64,000 nt of DNA from Octopus bimaculoides (taxonomy: Eukaryota): positions 55,128,559 through 55,192,558 of the forward strand of contig NC_068984.1 of NCBI RefSeq assembly GCF_001194135.2, written 5' to 3'. Position numbers and translations under genes: made by a program. The notes under the pieces were generated by a model. That model did not search any database. It saw only the letters and a list, made by a program, of their open reading frames with translations, and had not been told where the DNA came from. Shown here in pieces: positions 11,436-24,238 of this stretch; the stretch's first letter is position 1, and the number at the start of each line of letters is the position of its first letter.

Positions 11436-13185
11436 CGTCAAATATCCTTGCCTTCGAAACGCAGAGTAGATGAAACAAGGACAGCTAACGAAGGGGTATA
11501 CTCTTTATGTTTCATGTTTCGTTTCTCTGTTTGTTTTTTTTTTCGTTGTTCGAATAAAGTTCGTTTTCTGTTTTCGTTTCTCATTGTGTTGTCCTGTATC
11601 CATATATGCATGTATGTATACATATAGATGTAGGTATGTACATATATGTATGGATATATGCATATATTTATATACTATTTATTTTATTATGTGATCGAAC
11701 GCCACGCATCCTTTTCCAAGTAAGTTTTATCTTAATAATTACGATGCGCACTCTTCTACTATCTCTTCTCTGTCTATCTCTCTCCCTCTCTTGTTCTTCA
11801 TCCTTTCTGTTTTTCTCTCCCACCTTTTCCCTATTCTTCTCTTCCTTTCACCGTTCCCCCTCTCACTCTTTCTCCTTGACTTTCTCGTCGCTGACACGTG
11901 ATGAAAGGGGATCTCTCTTTCTGTCCACTGCCTTCCTAAAGAAAAGACGTGCCTTTTTCTGTCTGTTCTCTCATGGCTCGTCCACCTAGCGGTCATAATA
12001 AATTTTCTATCGTCTTGTCTCAACAGTTCTCACCGTTTGTTTTTACTGTCTTGTTCTCACTGTCCTGTTCTTGTTAACACTTTCACCCTCCGCAAAAAAT
12101 CCCAAATTTTATTTAATTTGCTTTGCGGGAACGACTGTTTCAACGAAATGCATATGCATGTGTATATTTTCTATGTATATTTACGTATGCGTAAATATGT
12201 ACAAGTAAATATCTATATTATATTATATATTTTTCTGCGTCAGATATATTTTTCTGATCGTTACTTTTCAATGTATTCAATTTAATTTAAATGCTACATT
12301 TTTTCAATTACTAACTTATCTAGTATTGTCTATCGGAAAATTTTTCTGCATTTTGCACAGACATTTTGAGAAGCTCATATATGACTGAACTATTTCTACT
12401 CTAATATTGGATTAAATTGTCTGAGAACATTTTGAAACCTCAAATATTTTCATCATTTTCCTTCAATTATTGAGTTGCACTATAACAAACAAGCTCACAT
12501 GCTACTTTCTGAATAGTGATAAACAATATTTCGTCCACACTAAATTAAATTTTAGCGAGTATAAATAACATGAATTTAATCCAACTGAGTCAAGTACAAA
12601 ATATTTTTTCTCAGGCTATAAGCAATTTAATTTTACGCCTGTTATGTCTCATTGGGAATTTTGCTGAAATGCAGGTTGTACAGTTAAGTACTATAAGATC
12701 GAAAGTAGAACAAAAGAAATTTTACCTGTGGGCACTAGATGGAAGATGCGTTTTGCTTTTCTATATCAAAATACGGTAGGAAAATATCAGAATTTCTGAA
12801 TCTATAAAAATATCTACATCTTAGCCTTTTAAACTCGCGCGTACGCTGCTGCAGGCACGATTTTGTTTGTTACAACACTGGAAGTCACAAAAGCGAGTGA
12901 AATGTGGTTTTATAAGTACGAACTGCATTATAAATTTCAGTTTGTTGGGGATTCTACTGAGCTTTTGTGGAAAATATTTCTCTGCGTCTATGTGTCCACT
13001 TTCTGCAGTTTAAGATACATTTTTTGTGATATTTTGCTTCTAAGGAACAGAATTTTAGAAGTGAGTACTATTTGCAGCTACATTTCTGAATTTACCTGAT
13101 ATTGTTTTCTTTTTTATTCCTTTTCTCCTTGATCTTTTTTCAGTTTAATAATAACAATAATAATAATAATAATAATAATAATAAT

Positions 13186-13802
13186 CTCAGGGTGTAGAGT
13201 CTTAGCACCTGTAGATTATAAAGCAAGACATGACAGAGTTGGCCAGTATTTACACTGGACAATATGTCAGCATTATAAAATCAAAACCACTGACAAATGG
13301 TATAAACCCCATCCTGAAGCTGTGACTCAGGGAGAAAATGTATCGATTCTCTGGGACTTCCCCGTACATACCGACAAGACTATAAAAGCTAATAAACCGG
13401 ATATTATTATAAAAGATCAAACAAAGAAGACGTGTTTATTAATTGACATGAGTATTCCCTCTGATCATAATATAGCGGCGAAAGAATTTGACAAGATCAG
13501 TAAATATANNNNNNNNNNNNNNNNACTGAAACCTATTTGAAAATGATACCAGGCTTACTATCCCTACAGGAAGTGCAAAAAATCGTGCTAACTGGAACGA
13601 CTCATGTACTGAGAAGAGCATTATCGCTGTGAAAACAACATCCATTCATGAATTTTTTTTTGTTTTCTTAAATACATGTTTTACCTGTGAATTTGTGTGT
13701 GTAAACTGGGAATGCATACAACGAGTTTCTCTGCCCTAGGTGTACGGAAAACACTCGTCCAGAAATGGAAGAAAATTTGAAGAAAGAAGAAAAAAAAAAA
13801 AC
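13186..13802 (+). mobile_element. 5'-truncated R4/Dong-clade LINE (zinc-knuckle end and restriction-like endonuclease), flanked by (TAA)n
   Basis: SGCRVLAPVDYKARHDRVGQYLHWTICQHYKIKTTDKWYKPHPEAVTQGENVSILWDFPVHTDKTIKANKPDIIIKDQTKKTCLLIDMSIPSDHNIAAKEFDKISKY, a PD-(D/E)xK RLE; C-terminus ...LTGTTHVLRRALSL*; 3' UTR ending in poly-A and (TAA)n. Confidence 0.9.
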
Positions 13803-13845
<43 letters not shown>

Positions 13846-14250
13846 CACAGAGAAAGGGAAATTAAGGCTTATAGGTCGGATATAGTTGTTAGGATATAGT
13901 CGATGTGTCAAAACCCACAGATAAGAATGTTTCTTTAAAAGAAACGGAGAGACTTTCAAAATACATGATCTGGAAATAGAGGTAACTCGAATGTGGAGAC
14001 AGTTCCTATCATAGTAGGAGCATTAGGTATGATAAAAAAACACATTCAGTCAAATACATAACAAAAACACCAGGACTTACAAGTATATATAGCATACAGA
14101 AAATAGCACTACTAGGCACTGCACACATCCTACGTAAAACACTTACAATACAGTGAAAATAAGAACATTACAACAAACCACAGTACATACCCAAGGCACA
14201 CAGAGTTGTGGTTGATAATGCAGTGAAAGCACGTGATAAAAATAAGACTA
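13846..14250 (+). mobile_element. Second 5'-truncated R4/Dong-clade LINE, from a different family
   Basis: Decayed EIKAYRSDIVVR...DVSKPTDKNVSLKETERLSKY...VPIIVGALGMIKK...IQKIALLGTAHILRKTL; its 3' UTR differs from the first copy. Confidence 0.85.
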
Positions 14251-14433
14251 TAAATTTTTCACCCGAAGAAATGAATGCATGAACATCATCTACCCGATGT
14301 TCATGGATACTATGGACTGCAGTGCAATCATCCCAAGAATACGGACAAGATCTTAGAAAAGGATGTGATTTGTAGAAACTAGCGTGGCGACGCATTAGAA
14401 TATTTACAAAATCTATCCAACGATTATTATTGT

Positions 14434-14476
<43 letters not shown>

Positions 14477-14490
14477 GTATATATATAGTA

Positions 14491-15045
14491 TGGGTGGTTT
14501 ATTAGCAATTTAATATCCTAAAGGCAAATTAATAGACATCACTAAAGTGACAAAGAGTACAACTCTCTGTCACTTTAGTGACGTATATACATACGACGGT
14601 GGAGGACAAAACTAGACACAAAGACACAAACACAAATTGACTCCAAAGACACTGAAGCATTATACTTAATGACTGGCAAAGGTAGGCAAGTTAATTTCAC
14701 TCCTAGTTTAGCATGACCGCTATTAATTTTTCCTTTAGGTTCTAATTGCTAATAAGCCACCCTTTTAATTTGTTTGCACTTTTACCGTTTTGAAAATCAG
14801 CACATGATTTCAACGGTTTTTCTTATAAGATTGACAAAGGAAGTTGCGTTTAACCCTAGGCTTTAAGAACCGTTGACGCGAATTAAGGTGGGCTCCGCCA
14901 AAATTCGAAATCGTGATACGGCTTATGTACGCTAGGGACTTGCCTCCCTTTGTCAGTCATGAAGTATAGTGCTTTAGTGGCTTTGGAGTTATTTAATATG
15001 AGCGGTGTTAGTCAGCACTCTCCGTTCTTTTGTGACCTCTGTCTG
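14491..15045. mobile_element. Rearranged foldback/MITE-like element
   Basis: Inverted pairs at 14492-14527/14730-14762, about 14538-14555/14568-14584, and 14636-14693/14934-14995. The arms are homologous to the 15500-15763 element. Confidence 0.6.
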
Positions 15046-15389
15046 TCTGTCTCTCTCTCTGTCTAAATATATATATATANNNNNNNNNNNNNNNNNNNNN
15101 NNNNNNNNNNNNNNNNNNNNNNNNNNNNNNNNNNNNNNNNNNNNNNNNNNNNNNNNNNNNNNNNNNNNNNNNNNNNNNNNNNNNNNNNNNNNNNNNNNNN
15201 NNNNNNNNNNNNNNNNNNNNNNNNNNNNNNNNNNNNNNNNNNNNNNNNNNNNNNNNNNNNNNNNNNNNNNNNNNNNNNNNNNNNNNNNNNNNNNNNNNNN
15301 NNNNNNNNNNNNNNNNNNNNNNNNNNNNNNNNNNNNNNNNNNNNNNNNNNNNNNNNNNNNNNNNNNNNNNNNNNNNNNNNNNNNNNNNN

Positions 15390-15426
<37 letters not shown>

Positions 15427-15454
15427 CATACATACATACATACATACATGTAAT

Positions 15455-15763
15455 ATGGCTGGGTAAATCGCAATTTTACAACCTAAAGGCAGAAATGTAG
15501 ACGTCACTAAAGTGACAAAGCGCACTAATCTGCACCAGTATTGCTAGAAATAAGAGTCAAAACAACTCAGTAGCCACGGAAAGCACTATCTTAATGACTG
15601 ACAACGGAGGTAAACTTCCTGGCTATGTCCTCTGTTGTAGGGAGCTTCCGTCCCTTGTCAATCATTAAGATACTGCTTTCCGTGGCTATTGCACTATTAT
15701 GACTCTTTTTTTCCCAGCAATACAGTCGCTGATCAGTGTTATTTGTCAATTTAGTAACATCTC
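15455..15763. mobile_element. Foldback MITE with about 120-bp imperfect inverted arms
   Basis: The left arm GACGTCACTAAAGTGACAAAG...AGCCACGGAAAGCACTATCTTAATGACTGACAA is the reverse complement of the right arm TTGTCAATCATTAAGATACTGCTTTCCGTGGCT...TTGTCAATTTAGTAACATC. Confidence 0.8.
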
Positions 15764-16597
15764 TCTCCTCTCTCTCTCTATATATATACACACACACACA
15801 CACCCACACCCAGGTACATGAAATTTCAGACTCAAACTGTTAGGTAACCGTCCCCACGACCTTCTGTTGCGTAGATTTGATCCCACTGTTACATAATTGG
15901 CTGGAATCCACACTATTTAGTTGCGAAGTGAACATGATAGCCGCATTGCTATGACTGTGTGATGTTTCTGAGTTGTACGTAGTCGTGAATTCATTTTAAC
16001 GATTTCTAGAAAACGTCAACAATCATACTTTTCCAATTATTTATGTATTCGTTTTCAAACATTCTTATATCTTTATACTTTCAGTGAAATCTACCCATGT
16101 ATGTGCCTACATGTTTAATGTATTCATCATTGTCCTCATGGTTCTCATAATCATCATCATCATCATCATCATCATCATGATCGTCATCATCGTTTCTGCC
16201 ACCACCACTATTCTCTGAGAGAACTGACTACTGCAAATAACATACTGTAACGAATGCCAAGAGAACAGTCAAGTCGTCAATAAACAATTAGCGCAGAGTG
16301 AGATAACTAACGCAATCAATGTTATTGGTCACAATAATCAAATTTAATCACAAGTAATGGTAGAAGTCTAACGCTGATAAATGAAAAGCGGATCCAAAAC
16401 CTTAAAATAAAAATAAATCCAGAGAAAAAAATTTATCATAAATTTTGATGAAGAATGGGTGGAGTGTTGATGTGAGAAAACGTAAGAACTCTAAACAACT
16501 TTATCTACACACTCATTTTTAAAAGGACTAAAATAATTTATAATGAAATATACGTAATGAATGTCTACATTTTATTGTTAATATCAATAACAGGAGA

Positions 16598-16813
16598 GGC
16601 GGCGAGCTGCCAGAAAGCTTAGCACGCCGGGCGAAATGCTTAGCGGTATTTCGTCTGTCTTCACGTTCTAAGGTCAAATTCCGCCGTGTCGACATTGCCT
16701 TTCATCCTTTCGGTGTCGATAAATTAAGTACCAGTTGCATAGTGGGGTCGATCTAATCGACTGTTCCCCTCCCTCAAAATTTCGGGCCTTGTACCTACAG
16801 TAGAAAAGAATAT
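16598..16813 (+). mobile_element. tRNA-head SINE, octopus OK-like family, full length
   Basis: GGCGGCGAGCTGCCAGAAAGCTTAG (A-box), GTTCTAAGGTCAAATTCC (B-box), central GCCTTTCATCCTTTCGGTGTCGATAAATTAAGTACCAG motif of Meta/Ceph type (assignment from memory). Confidence 0.85.
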
Positions 16814-16902
16814 CAATAACAAGAAATGTAAGAAGTATCATTGACAATTCACTGTAGACAACGTTAATGAAGATGTTAACATTGATGATAATCATGATGA
16901 GA

Positions 16903-16904
<2 letters not shown>

Positions 16905-16944
<40 letters not shown>

Positions 16945-16980
16945 GTGATGATGACAATGATGATGACGATGACGGTGACG
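16905..16980 (+). repeat. (GAT)n microsatellite
   Basis: Direct reading. Confidence 0.95.
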
Positions 16981-19900
16981 ACAGCGATGTTATTTGTGAA
17001 GCTATTTAGATGTGACAACTGATAGTAATCTATCTGTTTATAGAGTGACCAGTGCCAACTGTGAGATAACTTAGGCAACATCGGAATAATCATCGGGAAA
17101 GTTCTATCAAAATCTTGGTAGTAGAACATTTTCGCCTACCGTTATTATCTTCCTCCTCCTCCTCCTCCTCATCATCATCATGCTCGTCTTCATCCTTGGA
17201 ATCTTCCCAATCACCACCGCAACTACCACCAATAATAAAATAATCTCCAACCACCACTACCACCACCACAATCACTACCGTCACCACCACTACCGAAAAC
17301 GACACCATCATCATCCCNNNNNNNNNNGAGAGAGAGAGGGGAGAGAGAGAGAAAGAGGGAGAGAGAGAGAAAGAGGGAGAGAGAGAGAAAGCGGGAGAGA
17401 GAGAAAGAGGGAGGGAGAGAAAAAGAAAGTAATATATTCGCAGAAATTCCACCGCTATTTATTGAAGGCCGTGGAAACAAACTGACGTAGAAAAAAAGAA
17501 TTGTTTGTCTTTAAAACCTTCCTCTGCAGAAGTTATTGGTAGCATAACTCACCCTTCTGCAAACACTTGTTTCTCTTTTTCACAGTTTTCGGCGCACAAA
17601 TCTTAGTTCTGAGCAACAACTCTATGATTGGGAGAAAGCTGCAGAAAATAAATATTCGTCAAGGTTTCACATATGTAATATTTTGAACTAAAGAACCTCA
17701 AGTAACCGAGGACTTATCAGATTTATGGATTTATCACATACAGAGCCGAAGTAGAAAAAATTTAATGTTACATATTTCCAATATCTAAGATATTCAATGT
17801 TCAAAAAGAGAAAGAAGAGAAGGAGATATTCAGCATTGAATATAGAAATAGATTCAGAGACAAACGTACAAAATAGCGAAAATATTCCAAATTTTGACTC
17901 GACCTTTAACACCGTGGAATAAAAAACAAACTAAAAGTATTTTATTGAAAAAGTAGTTACTATGAAATCGTGGTTTGTTATATAATATTAATCAGATTGT
18001 AACACAAAACTGATCTTTAATGTCTTACACATTCTATCGATAGTCTTCATAACAAAGAAAGCAGTAGTTTCTCTTTAAATATAGGTGTGTCTTCTATTAT
18101 AATGATATAATCTTTTATAATTCTTGTAGTATTTTCATCATGGGGAACGCTCGTTTACTTCAAATAATTGTTATCATACATACAAAAATTCATAGGCATA
18201 TCTTATTACAAAGAGTAAACAATTGCTGTCGTTGGTTACCTGTTCCCCATGGGTCAACTACTGGGTCACTGTATTTCTGATGAACAGTGTGTCAAGTAAG
18301 TTAATTACTTAAGTAGATAGAAGACTGTATTTGAAGTGATTAGGTTTCTCGTTCTTTTCGCTCAAGTTTGCATTATTTGCCGCTACACATTACTGATTCA
18401 TAGTTCCATATATACAAACAATCATGCATAAACATACGCGCACAAACCCGTGTCTGTTTGTATGTGTGCGCCCGCGTAACTTGTTTCTATACCTTTTCCG
18501 TCTAACACATTTTCCACTTATAAGTTATTAGCCAACCCGAGGCTACGTAGAACACACATTCTAAAACCAACCTGTGCCATTGAACACATTAGCGCGTGGT
18601 TTCTGAGTGAATTTCCTACCCACAATATCATGATCACAATGAAGAACTTTAATAGCTGTGGTTTATTGGAGAGCCAGACATTTATATTCAATGTTTCTGT
18701 TTAGTTCGCTTTTACTATACAAATACATACAATACAACGATATTAATAACAGAATAGTGATAGAAATTTGCAAAACCTCACATAGAACCATTCAATTTGC
18801 TTATGGCAATCGCCTTATAATTTATCAATATCTTTATTATTATTTCATTATATTACTCATAACCTATTCTGACTCCTAAAGTAGTTTATTACAGATTGCA
18901 TTATTTCAAGTCGATAGATGACATGCTAATCTCTGGCTAGGATGCTAATTTATTGCAAGTTTCTTTTGTCAAGAGATTGTTCGAGCAAATGCGTTTCCTT
19001 AATCCCACAAGTACTTTATACTGTACCATAATTATAACCTGCATAGCTGTAACAATTCTGCTGCTTCTATGTATCATCGAACGAATTATGGAAGACTAAA
19101 CAAAAGCTACAACTGGAAGTAAACAGATATGCGCATGTAAAAATAGGAATCAAGTTTTAACAATATTTAGTATGCAAAACGACGAGCGACGAAAGATGAC
19201 GATATGCAAAACTGTACAAACTGTTAGATGCAGCATACTGTTAGATATAACCTACCTTTGAAGTTATTTTGAGACATACAGAAAAGTCTGCAAAAATTTC
19301 TGATTGAAAATTCAGAACGGAAGTCACAGTCTGCGACTTGGAAGCTGAAAGAATGGAGTTGTTATGAATGCAACAATACAGAATTGCTGAAATTTATCTA
19401 TCTAAATAAATACGCGCGCGCGCGCACACACACACACGTATTATGTACTGTGTGTGGGTGTGTGGGTGTGTGTGTGTTTGCTGTGTGTGTGTTTGCTGTG
19501 TGTGTAATGATCTATGGTTTCCGGTTCAGGTATTTTCAGCGGATAAACATAGCTAAAATAGTATGAAAAAATTGTGAAGTAATACTAAAAGGGCATCTGT
19601 GCTACAAATATGCTGTTATGGCCTAACGAACGGCTACTTAAAATAATCGGTGAAATATGAGACAAAGCTCAAAAGCAAAACATATTCTTCAAATGTAAGC
19701 CTATTTTCTTATTCACAGTTTCTTCTATAATGACGTAAAGTATTCATACGTCAGTGTTTATCCTATTCTACTTTCACGTATACTTATTAAAAATAGGCTA
19801 CACAGGAAATTGCTATACAATATTAATTAACAAGCAGGAAGAAAGTATTAAACTAAACATGCAAAAACTTCTTTATAGTACATGTCTATCTATAGATATA

Positions 19901-21716
19901 ACAACAACAATCCAACGGAGAAATACCTACGTAGTCGCCCGGGATACTAGGAATACAAATTAAGTCTCTTGCAAACCATGTCTTAACATTTTAACGAAGG
20001 TCGCTGACACGAAATAATATAGTTACTCTCATAGAGACTTAGGTAAAACAACGTCCAGAGTTGGAACGTCTTTGTTCATAGGTCAAATGGGTGCGACCGT
20101 GATTTAAACTCGGCAATAACAGTAACACCACACACATAATTTTTTTTTTTAATATTGTTTTTCAAAAAAATCGTATCAATAAAATCTTTTCAAAAAAATC
20201 TTATCATATGTTTCACATCTTAACTTATTACACTTGCTTTCAAATAAGAGAAAATATGTCACCCTGAAAATGTTTCTAAAATATTTTCAACAATATCGAA
20301 TATTACACACATCTTATATTTTGAAATTGATGTCAAGCCTATTTCCAACGTAGATTCATAAATCTTTTTATTTCGAAAATTACGTTTTCAGTCAATTATT
20401 TTTTTGGGAAATACATAGCCTCACTTTACTAAAAATTAGGTTCTGTAGCAGATTATATGATGAAATTGTTTACATCAGTTATCTTAATTCGTCGTTTCTT
20501 TGATTTCTTTTATCCATCATGTTTAAGACCATCATGGATACCCCACTTCAAAAACATTAGGCCGCTGAGAGACAAATTAATTTTCCAATACATTTTTATC
20601 ATAGTATGAGAATTTACTTATAGTATTGCCTCGTAAAATGATTGTAGATGAAGAAAAAAATATACAGACAAAGACAGAAGGCATAATTATTGTCTAACAA
20701 GCATACTCATTATATGATGGATACTTGTCATTATATCTACATCAAGTAAAAATAACAGCCACAATGCCTCTAGTCGGGATCTGCTACTTAAGATATTGTA
20801 ATTCTGTGTTTGAAAAGTCAAGGCATAAATGTAATTAAATTGCTTATAAAATAAATTTGTTTACATTTCTTCAATAATATTTTTAGAAAATATACCGCTA
20901 TAATGAAATTATACAGAAACGTAAAGGCTTAGATCGATTCGATACTCTCTCTTCCTAATTGATATGTGCTTATTGCACTACTTTGAGCGTTTCGACTTAT
21001 ATCTGTTTTCGCATTGCGATGAGTCAAAATACGTCTTGCGTTTGGCACATATTTATGTCTTTCCCTGTTTCAACAAAAAAATTATTTCCACGTTCTTGAT
21101 AGCTTAGAAAATATTTACAGATTAACAGAAACAAACCATGATCATTTTAAAAATAGCAAATAGCATATATATATATATNNNNNNNNNNNNNNNNNNNNNN
21201 NNNNNNNNNNNNNNNNNNNNNNNNNNNNNNNNNNNNNNNNNNNNNNNNNNNNNNNNNNNNNNNNNNNNNNNNNNNNNNNNNNNNNNNNNNNNNNNNNNNN
21301 NNNNNNNNNNNNNNNNNNNNNNNNNNNNNNNNNNNNNNNNNNNNNNNNNNNNNNNNNNNNNNNNNNNNNNNNNNNNNNNNNNNNNNNNNNNNNNNNNNNN
21401 NNNNNNNNNNNNNNNNNNNNNNNNNNNNNNNNNNNNNNNNNNNNNNNNNNNNNNNNNNNNNNNNNNNNNNNNNNNNNNNNNNNNNNNNNNNNNNNNNNNN
21501 NNNNNNNNNNNNNNNNNNNNNNNNNNNNNNNNNNNNNNNNNNNNNNNNNNNNNNNNNNNNNNNNNNNNNNNNNNNNNNNNNNNNNNNNNNNNNNNNNNNN
21601 NNNNNNNNNNNNNNNNNNNNNNNNNNNNNNNNNNNNNNNNNNNNNNNNNNNNNNNNNNNNNNNNNNNNNNNNNNNNNNNNNNNNNNNNNNNNNNNNNNNN
21701 NNNNNNNNNNNNNNNN

Positions 21717-21749
<33 letters not shown>

Positions 21750-24163
21750 TTTACAAATATGTTTTAAGAGTGTGTGTGTATATATTTGTATGTATATATA
21801 ATAGTAAACCCATGTATTTGAACACACAATATAAAATGAAATTCCAAAGTTTTAGCTCGTAACGAAATCCATTATTACAGCAAATAGCAACCTCCAGATT
21901 TTCATGTTGCAATCCCTGCCCTTTATTGATGATAAACTATGAAAAAATTTGCGAAATTAGGGAAAATTTTTATTCATATTTACATACATTCTTAATGATA
22001 CTCTAAGATACGTCAAATACTGGAAAAGCTATCACTTGTTGACAAGGTGTGCTAAGATCAAAATATGTCTGTAGTTGTCACTGACCCTACCAAAGTTAAA
22101 ACACTCTCGTAATTGCAAGCTCTAATGAATTTTAAATCATTTTGGAATTTAGAGTTATCCTTCTTGCCAAGTACTATTATAAAAACTAATTACTTTTATT
22201 TTGAAGGTGGATGTAATTTTAATTAATTGATCTTTTTTTTAGTCATTATATTAGGTGCTCTAATCCTTATGTATATGAATTGGACGGATTGATTTTTAGA
22301 TAGCCAATACAATGCTTTTCACAATTGCAATCATACGCAAATGCAAAGCAACTAATACCTTATTAAATTCCCAAAAGCCTGATTTTTCAAATATCAGCAA
22401 TCAATATTACATTCATTTCACACTAGAGCAATTATTCGTAGATGTCAAGTAATTAGAACCATATTCATTTTACATCGGTCTGTTTGTTTCCATGTGCAAA
22501 GTCAGCAAAATTTTATCCATTCCACTTATTGTGAACAAATTACTTGACATTTTCTGATTAAATGAATTGCTGATGGAAAATCTGAAGCCTTAACTGATCT
22601 TAAATAAAACAGTTCCCATTAAAGAATCTAATTCGGGCCATGGAGATGTCGTTCTGGTAGAACGTTCGCGTTGGGAAATATAGTTAAATGTATTCATTAT
22701 TAATTTACTGGTTTGATTACTAAGAACCGATATGGTTTATAAGCAGTACAATTTGTATTAATTTTGATCAGTAAAGTTACTCAATCTAATAGACTGAAAA
22801 CTTTATTAGATGCCAAATATGATACTAAATCCACCAATAAACTGGGCAATACTTTATCTTGTATTATATGCAATGATTTAAGCAAACATTTACTTTCTCT
22901 TCTTTCTAACGAACATCTATGCCCGAAACAAAAAAAAAACATTTTTTTTCCATCTGTACTGAGCGTCACGCTAATACGTGCCATATGTACCTCATTGTTG
23001 TTTTGTTATTTGTTATTTTTAATGCTCTATTTTTAACGTTCAATTTGTAATGTTCGATTTGACACTGTGCATATGTGTGTATGCGTGTGTGTATTCCCAG
23101 AGTATAGCTGATCATCGATTTCCGTGAAGTCAATAGAACCAGTACAATCAGTAAGATAGTTGACAAACATTTATTTGACCTTATATACGTAATGGTTTTA
23201 AGAATAATGTATGACATTCAATAAGCTTATTTCTAATCTACAAAAAATAAAATAAAATATTCAGTGATATGAATCATAGATATAATTGATATCATGAATG
23301 ATATTAAGCAAAAGCGTATCTGACTCGTGCTCTCTTGCTCCTATTTAAATTAGATTCGCAATGATGACGAATTGAAGTAAACGGGACTTTTGCTACTGCA
23401 CATTCCAGTAGGCAATATCAAAATTTATTCATTACATTCCAATTTGTTCTCTTACTCCCCAAGTTCGATAAAGTACCTCTCGGATATATGCTATGGTTCA
23501 TGCAATGTTATGCACACAGCTGTTTACGATTCATATTGTACCTAAATATGAAATCAATGTTGCAATGCTGGCGACAAACCAAACCCAACGGTTTGGTAAC
23601 GCACTAAAGCCACAACTTCAAATATTGACTACATGTGCGTAAAGGTACGAGAATCTCCAACCGGGCAACAAATCTATGTCACTAAATCTGTTTTCCAAGA
23701 AACTAAAATGGATCTTAGCCCTTATAGAATTTAATTATAAATTTGAAAAACTGAATTGGACAAACATATTTTCAGGTTTACATGGAAGGCTCAAATCAAA
23801 TGGTTGTTTCAAAGACTTTACTGGAGCTTTTCCTTTCATTCAACTCCAGTTACATCATTGAAAGGAAAGTCTAGAGCTACTGATTGTTCTGTTACCACTC
23901 GCTTCCAAGGTTTCTGCCAATAGCTGAGTGGTGCATACATAGGGTAGAATTTCATCACTATTATACTGAGAAAAATGAAACCGGCAGACAGACAGACAAA
24001 CAGAAAAACACATACAGATACATATATGCACACATGCATACATACACACATGCATACATATACACACATGCATACATATACACACAAACACACTTACACC
24101 CATCCACACGTCCACACACAAACATATATACATTCATATACATGTATACATGTATACTTATAG

Positions 24164-24166
<3 letters not shown>

Positions 24167-24238
<72 letters not shown>
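24167..24238 (+). repeat. (GATA)n microsatellite
   Basis: Direct reading. Confidence 0.95.

Noticed and set aside
11480-11510. CTAACGA-A-GGGG-TATA-CTCT, a possible hammerhead 5' half
   Set aside because: The core is mutated and no GAAA half follows. It is probably a repeat remnant, but I cannot support a ribozyme call.
14278-14305. 10-bp hairpin CATGAACATC/GATGTTCATG
   Set aside because: Isolated, next to decayed LINE sequence, and short enough to be incidental.
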